Part shown: piece by piece, positions 50,796 through 58,691 of the stretch
Position numbering within the stretch: position 1 is the first letter of the stretch
How the letters are laid out: each line of letters begins with the position of its first letter
Source: an uncultured delta proteobacterium
GTDB taxonomy: Bacteria; Desulfobacterota; Binatia; JACPRU01
Direction: 5' to 3'
DNA length: 64,000 nt
NCBI GenBank assembly: GCA_963745025.1
Contig: CAVUWD010000008.1
Location: 160,001 to 224,000, forward strand
Translations under genes and position numbers: made by a program
The notes under the pieces: generated by a model
Databases searched by the model: none
Told to the model about the DNA's origin: nothing
Seen by the model: only the letters and a program-made list of their open reading frames with translations

Positions 50796-52568
50796 CTAGT
50801 GTAGTGTCTCACAGCCGCTCGCGGTGTTGATGCCCGCGCCGCCGTTGCAGATGTCGCTGCCGGGTCCGCCGTTGAGCGTGTCGTCGCCGGGTCCGCCGAA
50901 CAGCTGATCGTCGCCGGCGCCGCCGCAGACGAAGTCGTTGCCACCGCCGGCGTGGATCACGTCGTTCCCGCCGAGGCCGTGGATCACGTCCGCACCCGGC
51001 GTTCCCGTCAGGTCGTCGTCGCCTTCGGTGCCGAAGAGGGTGACCCGCCGCCCGTTGCAAGAAGGCTCTAGCGTGAGCTGCAGTTGGCCGCCCGGGCCGG
51101 TGCCCAGCGCCATGACCTCGATGTGGTACGTCGTGCCTGGAACGGCGTTGAAGAAGACCGTCGACTGCGGGGTGGCGTCGCTGTTGTCCTTGCAAGCGAC
51201 CTGCTCGAGCGCGCCGCGCGCGCCCTGCCAAACGGTGAGCACGGTGTCGTAGTCGCTGCCCGCGGTGCTCACGCGGAACTGTCCCGAGGCAGCAGGCGTG
51301 AAGACGTACCAGACGCTGTGCGAGTTGCTGCCGGTCTTGCAGGTTTTCGGATCGTCGGCGGCATGCCCAGCGCCGGTGGTGTCAGCGCCGGCGCTGAAGA
51401 AGACGTCGGTGATCGGCGTCGCACAATCGAAGTCGTCGTTCGAACACGGCGTCGGCGTGGGTGTCGTGGTCGGGGTTGGCGTCGACGTCGGAATCGGCGT
51501 GGGTGGCGCGGTCGGAGTGGCCGTCGGCGGAACGGTCGGTACGGGTGTCGACGTCGCCGGAGCCGGCGGGGACGTCGAGGTGGCTGTCGGCGTGCTGGTA
51601 GGGGTCGGCGTGCTGCTTGCCGTCGCGGTCGGGGTGCGGGTGGGGGTCGGCGTGCGCGTCGCGGTCGGGGTCGCAGTCATGCTCGGTGTCGCCGTGGGCC
51701 CCGACGGAGTCAGTGTCCAGCCCTGATCCTGCAGGGCGGGAACGCCAAGCCCGGCATTGTGATTGACGCCCCCGTAGAACGGCTCCATGAGCTGATTCGG
51801 CGTGAACGAGGTGTCCCAATGCGAGATGCTCGAGCCGTCCTGGTAAGAATTCGGCGCGTAGATCTTGCCCGAGCCGCCGTTCACGCTCGTCACGTGCGAG
51901 CCGTTGAAGAAGACATTGCCCGAGGTGAGCGCCGCCATCCGCTGGGCGTTCGTTAGGGCATCGAACTGACCCACGCCGGGGCTCGCCAGATTCCTTCCGA
52001 AGATGTCTGGGACGCCGCTATACGCCCAGGCGCCGGTCGAAGGGAGGACCGTGTCGAAGAAGCCGAGGCCATGGCAGATCTCGTGCAACGCGACGCTCAC
52101 GAAGTCGACGTCAGGGCCGGCGTTGCCGTCCGTGCCGTAGTACCAGTCGACGCTGCCGAGCACGGTCGAGTTGTCGACGTCACTGTTGAACTGGGCACTG
52201 ATCTCCGCCGTGCCCGCGCCGTTGAGGTCGCTCGCGGCCAGCTCGTTCGCGAGCGGCGCAGCGTACCAGGTGCCCGCCCGAGGCGCACCCGGAAAGTCTC
52301 GGTGAATCGTGGTCGCGCCGGCTTGACCGAGGATCGCGCTCGTGGCCGAGCCGCCGAGTGGGTCGAACTGGGCGTTGATCACGACCGGCACCGTTCCCTG
52401 CAGCATCGCCGACCAGATTCCCACCGTGAACTCGAAGGCCGCCTTGCGCTGGGCGCCGAGAGTGGGGTCGTTGAAGCCTTCGCCGGCCCCGTCGAGATAC
52501 TGGATGGTGAACGGCACCGCGGCGTGCGCGGGCATCGCGGCAAGCCACGCGACCAACGCGAGCCCCAC
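50796..52568 (-). CDS. Secreted zinc metallopeptidase-like protein with Pro/Thr linker, beta-sandwich domain and RTX Ca-binding repeats
   Basis: Signal peptide, DGAGEGFNDP, HEICHGLGF, SISHWD..LMEPF, (TP)n linker, GGxGxD nonapeptides. Confidence 0.8.
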   Translation of the reverse strand: MGLALVAWLAAMPAHAAVPFTIQYLDGAGEGFNDPTLGAQRKAAFEFTVGIWSAMLQGTVPVVINAQFDPLGGSATSAILGQAGATTIHRDFPGAPRAGTWYAAPLANELAASDLNGAGTAEISAQFNSDVDNSTVLGSVDWYYGTDGNAGPDVDFVSVALHEICHGLGFFDTVLPSTGAWAYSGVPDIFGRNLASPGVGQFDALTNAQRMAALTSGNVFFNGSHVTSVNGGSGKIYAPNSYQDGSSISHWDTSFTPNQLMEPFYGGVNHNAGLGVPALQDQGWTLTPSGPTATPSMTATPTATRTPTPTRTPTATASSTPTPTSTPTATSTSPPAPATSTPVPTVPPTATPTAPPTPIPTSTPTPTTTPTPTPCSNDDFDCATPITDVFFSAGADTTGAGHAADDPKTCKTGSNSHSVWYVFTPAASGQFRVSTAGSDYDTVLTVWQGARGALEQVACKDNSDATPQSTVFFNAVPGTTYHIEVMALGTGPGGQLQLTLEPSCNGRRVTLFGTEGDDDLTGTPGADVIHGLGGNDVIHAGGGNDFVCGGAGDDQLFGGPGDDTLNGGPGSDICNGGAGINTASGCETLH

Positions 52569-52594
52569 GCATGAACGTCTCTCGCCGCGCCCGA

Positions 52595-52885
52595 TCAGCG
52601 GGGCTTCTCCCGACCCTCGAGATTCACCATCTTGCCGCCGCCCGGCGCCGGCACCTCGACCGGCGACGGCGCTGGGACGAGTTGGGCGCGGGTGGCGCGC
52701 TCGGCGGCTAGCTCCTCCGGCGACGGCAGGCGAGGCTTACCGTGATCGTCGAGGTAGACCCTCATGCCCTGGGCAGGGGCGACGGCCGCCGCCCCCGCGT
52801 CCTTCTGCGGCGGTTCGGCCTGGCAGGCGGCGATGCCGATCGACGACAAGCAGGCGGCCGCCACCGCTGTTAGCCGTTTCGACAC
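52595..52885 (-). CDS. Small lipoprotein (post-PEP-CTERM-1-like domain)
   Basis: GAGGAG RBS, lipobox IAAC, GMRVYLDDHGKPRLPSPEE. Confidence 0.6.
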   Translation of the reverse strand: MSKRLTAVAAACLSSIGIAACQAEPPQKDAGAAAVAPAQGMRVYLDDHGKPRLPSPEELAAERATRAQLVPAPSPVEVPAPGGGKMVNLEGREKPR

Positions 52886-53197
52886 TCCTCAAAGGTAATC
52901 TTCGCCTTCCCGTCGAGTCAAATCGAGACTGCGCCGGCGACGGGGCCGAGCAGGCCCAACCGAGGGCCACGGCGGCGTTACGCTCGCGGACGAGAACCCC
53001 GACCCCCCCAAACCTCAATTGGATCGCGGGTCCGGATTCAAGGGTAGGTGCTTCCGATGAAGCGCCAACTGTGGCGCAGTTTGATTTTGTACGAGATTTC
53101 TTCGTAGTTTCCGCAGATTACGCGCACCGTTTCTTGACGGATCGAGGTGGTACTGGGGTTTCCGGGCTGAACAGGACGAAGCCGATGCCGAAAACGG

Positions 53198-53393
53198 ACC
53201 GGCCCGAGGAATCCGCTCTCCGCCCGCGCCATCGAGAACGCCGCCGAGAGCATCGTCTTGCTCCAGCCGAACTCTTCTCGGAGCAGCACGACATAGGCGC
53301 CGTATGCGCGGAGCATGAGGGCGCCGATCAGCGCCTCGATGCCGAACCCGCTCCCACGATCCACCAGCCGTAGAAGATCGGGTCCCGGCTCAT
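53198..53393 (-). pseudogene. MFS transporter N-terminal fragment (frameshifted, truncated)
   Basis: MSRDPIFYGWWIVG, then in another frame YGAYVVLLREEFGWSKTMLSAAFSMARAESGFLGP. Confidence 0.7.
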
Positions 53394-53405
53394 CGCGGGC
53401 GGGGC

Positions 53406-53924
53406 CTATTCGGATTCGAGCTTGAACTCCTGGACGTCGAACCAGTAGCCGAGTCCCTGCACCGAATCGAGCTCCGCCTGCACGATCGTAAAGTGGCCGG
53501 CCTCGATCTCCAGGAACCGCTGGAACATCGCTCGGTCCTCGGGCGCCGCCAGCTGGCGAACCATCCTCTCGTAGAAGATGCTCGTCTCCTGCTCGACCTC
53601 GAGCGCACGCTTCAGGGTTTCGATCGCCTCGCGCCGCTCGCGCTCGGGCATGGCGATGCGCTCCTTGAGCTTCTTGACGCCCTCCTGGATGACCTTGGTG
53701 GAGGGGAGGTCGGTGGCCAGCGCGGCGGTGCGTACCTTCCCCGTGCTCTTCCACTCGGCGAGCCGGGCCTCGAGATACTCCACGTGGCGCTTCTCCTCGC
53801 CGACCATCACCTGCAACATCTTCTTGGCAGTGTCGTCGCTGGCCCGGGCTGCGGCCTCTTCGTACACGCCGCGGACGCGGCGCTCGAACTGGAGCGCCGT
53901 CTGGATCGCCTCCTCGACCGTCAT
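53406..53924 (-). CDS. Rubrerythrin/ferritin-like diiron protein
   Basis: ALQFE..Y, EEKRH, ALEVE..FY, IEAGH. Confidence 0.85.
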   Translation of the reverse strand: MTVEEAIQTALQFERRVRGVYEEAAARASDDTAKKMLQVMVGEEKRHVEYLEARLAEWKSTGKVRTAALATDLPSTKVIQEGVKKLKERIAMPERERREAIETLKRALEVEQETSIFYERMVRQLAAPEDRAMFQRFLEIEAGHFTIVQAELDSVQGLGYWFDVQEFKLESE

Positions 53925-53943
53925 CGCAGGCTTCCTCCTTCGG

Positions 53944-54423
53944 CTACCGGGCGTGCTGCATCAGCCCGACGAGCTGCGTGAGATGTCGCCGCTCCTCCTC
54001 GATGATGCCCTGGATCGTCTTCTGGTCCGCCGACGGCACGTACCGGATCATCTCCGTGTAGTACAGGATGGCGTCCTTCTCGGAGTCGATGCCGAACTGC
54101 AGGGCGTCGCGCTCCGACATGGTCTTCTGGGCCAGCAGCTGCTGGAGCCGCGCCTGGGTGAACACCTGCATGTCCACGTGGGCTTTGAGATAGGCCTCGT
54201 ACTCGCCCGGATACGACTCGTGCATCTGAGCCAGGCCGACCGAGCGCAGCAGCAGCTCGAAGGTCCTGAGGTGCTGGACCTCGTCGTCGGCGAGCTGCCG
54301 CAGCAGGTCCTTGGCGCGGTCGTTGGCCACGGCGTCGGCCGCGGCGATGTAGAACTTGAGGCCGTTCCGCTCCATCTGTACGGCCGCCTCGACCAGATCG
54401 TTCCCGGAAAACCTGAGACTCAT
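53944..54423 (-). CDS. Rubrerythrin/ferritin-like diiron protein
   Basis: AVQMERNGLKFY, DDEVQH, SEKDAILYY, EEERRH. Confidence 0.88.
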   Translation of the reverse strand: MSLRFSGNDLVEAAVQMERNGLKFYIAAADAVANDRAKDLLRQLADDEVQHLRTFELLLRSVGLAQMHESYPGEYEAYLKAHVDMQVFTQARLQQLLAQKTMSERDALQFGIDSEKDAILYYTEMIRYVPSADQKTIQGIIEEERRHLTQLVGLMQHAR

Positions 54424-54482
54424 CGGCTCACCTCGGCTCCCTGCCTGGGTTGCTGCCCGTCGTCGCCCGCGTGGCGAGGACC

Positions 54483-55775
54483 CTACGGCAGCGCCTCGCG
54501 GAGCAGCTCCACGACGTGGCGCGGGCGCCGCCCCGTGAAGTGCTCGACCTGCTGGCGGCAAGACGTGCCCATCACGGCCACCTGGGCCCCGGCGCGCGCC
54601 CGGATCGCCGGGAAGAGGTCCCGCTCTCCGGCCGCCCGCGAGGCTTCGTAGTGCTCCTTCTCGTACCCGTAGGCCCCCGCCATTCCGCAGCAGGCCGCGT
54701 CCACCATGTCTGCTTGGTAGCCCGCGAGGCGCAGGAGCTCGACGCTGCGGGTCGCATCCGCGGCGGCCTTCTGATGGCAGTGCCCGTGGAACAGGACTTC
54801 GGGCTTACCGTCGGCGCCCGTAAAGGGCAGCTCCAGCTCGCCCCGGCCGTTGAGCGCACCGAGGAACTCGTCGATCAGCAGCGCCTGCCCGGCCACCACC
54901 TTGGCCTTTTCCCTCTGCGCCGGCTCGACCAGATCGAGGTATTCCTCCCGCAGCGTGAGCAGGCACGAGGGCTCGCACCCCACGATGTAGGCGCCGTCGC
55001 GGCATTGCTCGTACAGCTGCGCGACGTTGGTGCGGGCCTGGGTCGCGGCCTGGTCCAACAACCCCTTGGAGATCATGGGCCGTCCGCAGCAGACCTTGTT
55101 CGCCAGCTCCAGCCGGAAACCTGCCGTCTCCAGGAGCTCGGTGACTGCGATGCCGGTGGACGGGTAATTGTATTCCATGAACGTGTCGTCGAACAGCACG
55201 ACCGTCCCGCGGTGCCCGTCGCCGCGCGGCGTGTGCGCCCGGAACCACTCTCGGAAGGTCTGGCGGGCGAACGGCGGCAGTGACCGGTTCTTGTGGATGC
55301 CGAGGAGGTGGTGCGCTACCAGCTTGGCGCCCGGGATCTTGAGCGCCCAGTTGCTCAGCGGCGCCAGCTTGCTGCCAACCCGGGAGAGGCGCTCGATGTT
55401 GGCGAAAATCTGCGCGCGCAGCGGATGGGCGTGGGAGCGATACTGCGCGTCCAGCGGCCCGCCCACAGCCGCCGCTCCCGCGCCATTCGCGCCTACCAGC
55501 TCCGGGGTCATGTGCAGCGTCCTGAGGCCCCGCTGGAGGTACGCCGGGCTCACGCCCTTCGGGCAGACCTTCTGGCAGGCCATGCAGCTCGAACAATCCC
55601 ACGTCGTCGGGTGGGCCAGGGCTTCCCCGATCTGGCCGAGCTGCAGCAGGCGCACGACCCGCTGCGGCTCGAGCGAGAACGGGCAGGCGGCGGTGCACTT
55701 GCCGCACTGGTAGCAGGCGAAGACGTTTTGCCGGCTGTGCTCCTCGACCGATCGGACGAGGTCTCCCTCGGTCAC
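54483..55775 (-). CDS. HdrC-like 2x[4Fe-4S] domain fused to GlpC/GlcF-type CCG domains
   Basis: CYQCGKCTAACP, CSSCMACQKVCP, CCGRP, EPSC, HGHCHQ, CCGMAG. Confidence 0.82.
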   Translation of the reverse strand: MTEGDLVRSVEEHSRQNVFACYQCGKCTAACPFSLEPQRVVRLLQLGQIGEALAHPTTWDCSSCMACQKVCPKGVSPAYLQRGLRTLHMTPELVGANGAGAAAVGGPLDAQYRSHAHPLRAQIFANIERLSRVGSKLAPLSNWALKIPGAKLVAHHLLGIHKNRSLPPFARQTFREWFRAHTPRGDGHRGTVVLFDDTFMEYNYPSTGIAVTELLETAGFRLELANKVCCGRPMISKGLLDQAATQARTNVAQLYEQCRDGAYIVGCEPSCLLTLREEYLDLVEPAQREKAKVVAGQALLIDEFLGALNGRGELELPFTGADGKPEVLFHGHCHQKAAADATRSVELLRLAGYQADMVDAACCGMAGAYGYEKEHYEASRAAGERDLFPAIRARAGAQVAVMGTSCRQQVEHFTGRRPRHVVELLREALP

Positions 55776-55848
55776 GTCGGAGCGATTGGCGTCGCGAGTA
55801 CCGTCCCCGAGTTCGGCTGCTGGGCGCGATGGTATGGAAGTCCCGTGA

Positions 55849-56130
55849 ATGGCCGCAGAATTCGGCGTAACGCGGTTCGTCGAGGTCGAGTTGGGACCTC
55901 GCTACAACGTCGCACCGAACCAGAACGATCGAGACGATGATCCGCGTCGACGATGAGAAGCGCCTCGGTTCGATGCGTTGGGATTTGTCTCTCCAATGAA
56001 AAAAGATCCGAAGCTCGCCCCGATCAACGCGCCCGACGAGAGACCCCTCGCGACCTCACCGATGTTCCGAGACCCCTTGCGACGCCATCGCTGTCTTGTC
56101 TTCGCCGACGGTTTCTATGAACTGAAGGGC
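55849..56130 (+). pseudogene. SOS response-associated peptidase (SRAP/YedK/HMCES) remnant
   Basis: Read across frames: LGPRYNVAPNQ...MRW...PINA...PMFRD...RCLVFADGFYE; no MCGR start. Confidence 0.8.
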
Positions 56131-56413
56131 GCCTTCGTCGGCGATTGACCGACGCGCGCGATACGATTCTCGCCGCGGTCGACCGAAAGGTTGCAAAGCT
56201 GCCTTAGCGACGCCGCCAGCTGTGGCGGAAACTTCGCGCGACTCGAGTGGACTCGGTCGCACGTCCTTCGTTCAAGCCGATTCCTCTCCCATCGACGGGT
56301 GAGCCATCTCGGCCGCCGCAAGCGTACCCCGGCGAAGACCAGGGTTGACTGCTCGGCCGTTTGGATGCTCCGCTCGCGCATGCCGAACCGCACAGTTCGT
56401 AGGGGGCCTGCCC

Positions 56414-57997
56414 ATGGGTGAGATGAGAATTGATCTCCACCATCTGCTCGAAGATCTCCGCGATGCATACCCGGGAGGCGTGGAAGAAACGATCCTCACC
56501 GAAGTGGTCGCGAACTCTTTGGACTCGGGCGCCCGGCGCATTGCTTTCCGCACCGAGCCCGGCGATGCCGCGCTGACCATCACAGACGATGGCTCGGGAA
56601 TGAAGCGGCGGGATCTCGCGCGCTATCACGATCTCGCGGCCAGCACGAAGACACGCGGGCGGGGGATCGGCTTCGCCGGAGTTGGCATCAAGCTCGCGCT
56701 GCTGGTCTGCTCCGAGGTGGTTACGGAGACGCGGCGCGGAGCGTCGCACGCGGCGACCACCTGGCATCTCGCGAACCGGCACAGAGCACCCTGGAAGTGG
56801 CTCGCGAAGCTTCCCGGGCAGACGGGCGAGCGCGGCACGGCGGTTCGGCTCCGGCTCTCGAACCCGCTGTCGCCGCTGCTCGACGCCGGCTTCATCGAGA
56901 CAACGCTGCGCCGCCATTTCGAGCCGCTGTTCGACCCCGGGCTCGACGAGATGCTGCGGCCTCTCTACCCGGACGGGCTCGAGTTCGAGATCAACGGGCG
57001 CCCGGTGGGTCGCCACGGGGTGGCCATGGGCGACCGCGCGCCGATCTGGATTCGGCTCCGCCGCAAGCGTAAGCCGTCGGCCGTGGGATGGCTGGTTCGC
57101 GAGACGATGCCACTCACCGAGGAACGCCGCGGGGTGGCGATCAGTACCTACGGCAAGGTCATCAAGCGCGGCTGGGACTGGCTCGGGGTGTCGCCCGCCC
57201 ATCCGGACCGCGTCTCGGGTCTGATCGAGGCGCCCGTCCTCTCGGAATGCCTGACCCTCAACAAGAGCGACTTCATCCGCACCGGTGCCCGCGGCTCCCT
57301 CTATCTCTCTTATCGCCGCGCCATCCAGGAGGCGGTGGTGCGCCAGCTCGCGGAATGGGGCGACGGGCAGGATGCCGAGCAGCGCGCGCCGCGCCGCGCC
57401 GCACGACCCGTCGAGCGCGATCTCGAAAACGTGCTGGTCGATCTCGCCGATGACTTCCCGATGCTGGCCTCGCTGGTCGAGCAGCGGCTCGGCGGTCAGC
57501 GAAAGCTACCGATCGGAAAGCCCGGGACGGCCTCGGACGCTCGCGCGTTCCTGGCGGCGTCGCTGACCGAACCCGCCGAATCCTCGGCCGCCAGCGAGCC
57601 GGCTGCGGAAGTGGCAACGACGCGGGCCGATCTCGGTCCGGAATCCGAGCCGCAGCACCCGCCCGAGCAGCCGGCGGCGGCCGTGCTTCCCGCCGCCGCG
57701 GGGGCGAAGCGCCCGGGGCACTACGGCCTCGTGATCCAATTCCGTTCCCGGCCGGGCGACGAGGCGCTCGCGCAGCTCGTGGACACGGCGGTATGGGTGA
57801 ACGATGCACATCCGGCGTACCGGCGGGCGATCCTTTCACGCTCCGAGGGCTATCACCTTGCGCTCGCGGTGGCGATGGCGCTCGCGCCGCTCGCCGCCGA
57901 GCCGGCCGGGCAGCACGGATTCGTGAGCACGTTCCTGGCTCGCTGGGGCGAGGCGCTCGAGAAGCCCGGCCGTCGCCGCAATCGCACCGCGGGCTGA
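56414..57997 (+). CDS. Stand-alone GHKL (HATPase_c, MORC/Hsp90-like) ATPase
   Basis: Bergerat motifs EVVANSLD, DDGSGM, GIGFAGVG, GTAV; C-terminal VNDAHP. Confidence 0.78.
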   Translation: MGEMRIDLHHLLEDLRDAYPGGVEETILTEVVANSLDSGARRIAFRTEPGDAALTITDDGSGMKRRDLARYHDLAASTKTRGRGIGFAGVGIKLALLVCSEVVTETRRGASHAATTWHLANRHRAPWKWLAKLPGQTGERGTAVRLRLSNPLSPLLDAGFIETTLRRHFEPLFDPGLDEMLRPLYPDGLEFEINGRPVGRHGVAMGDRAPIWIRLRRKRKPSAVGWLVRETMPLTEERRGVAISTYGKVIKRGWDWLGVSPAHPDRVSGLIEAPVLSECLTLNKSDFIRTGARGSLYLSYRRAIQEAVVRQLAEWGDGQDAEQRAPRRAARPVERDLENVLVDLADDFPMLASLVEQRLGGQRKLPIGKPGTASDARAFLAASLTEPAESSAASEPAAEVATTRADLGPESEPQHPPEQPAAAVLPAAAGAKRPGHYGLVIQFRSRPGDEALAQLVDTAVWVNDAHPAYRRAILSRSEGYHLALAVAMALAPLAAEPAGQHGFVSTFLARWGEALEKPGRRRNRTAG

Positions 57998-58085
57998 CGA
58001 GCTCTGAACGCCGACAACTCAGTGGCCGCGCGCCGCTTCTCGATTGACCGATCGCGACCGTTCTGGCCTAGTCTGACTAGATTCG

Positions 58086-58314
58086 ATGGAGATCAACGTT
58101 TACGCGGCAAAGACCCAGCTCTCCCGCCTGTTGGAGCGGGTCGAAGCTGGCGAGAAGATCATCATCACTTGCCACGGGCGTCCCGTCGCGCGGCTCGGAC
58201 CGGTTCGGCCGAGCGCAAAGCGGCGAACGCTCGGGCTCCTCCGCAGGAAGATCCGCGTCAAGCGGAATTTCGACGAGCCGCTTCCGGCGCACCTTCGAGA
58301 AGGGGCTTCTCTGA
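58086..58314 (+). CDS. Phd/YefM-family antitoxin (reads in frame into the toxin)
   Basis: INVYAAKTQLSRLLERVEAGEKIIITCHGRPVARL...FDEPLP. Confidence 0.85.
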
Positions 58315-58691
58315 GGCTTCTCCTCGACACACACACGCTGCTCTGGGCTGTAGGCACGCCGACGCGGTTGCCGCGGACGATCTCACGCGCCATCACATAG
58401 CCCGGCAACGACGTCTACGTGAGCGCCGCGTCGACTTGGGAAATCGCCATCAGGGCCACTCTGGGCAGGATTCAGGTAGAACCGGCCGAGTTGGTGGATG
58501 CCATCGAGGGAAGCGGCCTTTCCGAGCTCGCCGTCCGGATCGGCCATACCGCGAGGGTTCGTTCGCTGCCTCTTCACCGTCGGGATCCGTTCGACCGGGT
58601 TCTCATGGCCCAAGCACTCGAAGGAGGAATGACTCTCGTCTCGCGCGCCCCCGTGTTCGCGCGCTATTCGGTACCGGCCCCGTGGACCTGA
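58311..58691 (+). pseudogene. VapC/PIN toxin, inactivated
   Basis: LLLDTHTLLW, SAASTWEIAI, DPFDR; in-frame TAG at 58398-58400; SRAPVF where SRD is expected. Confidence 0.8.

Noticed and set aside
51440-51700. Repetitive DNA as CRISPR or VNTR
   Set aside because: It encodes a Thr/Pro linker; there is no repeat-spacer pattern and no cas gene.
58022-58681. N-terminal extension of the 956-aa cytochrome ORF
   Set aside because: It is an alternate-frame overlap of the TA genes.
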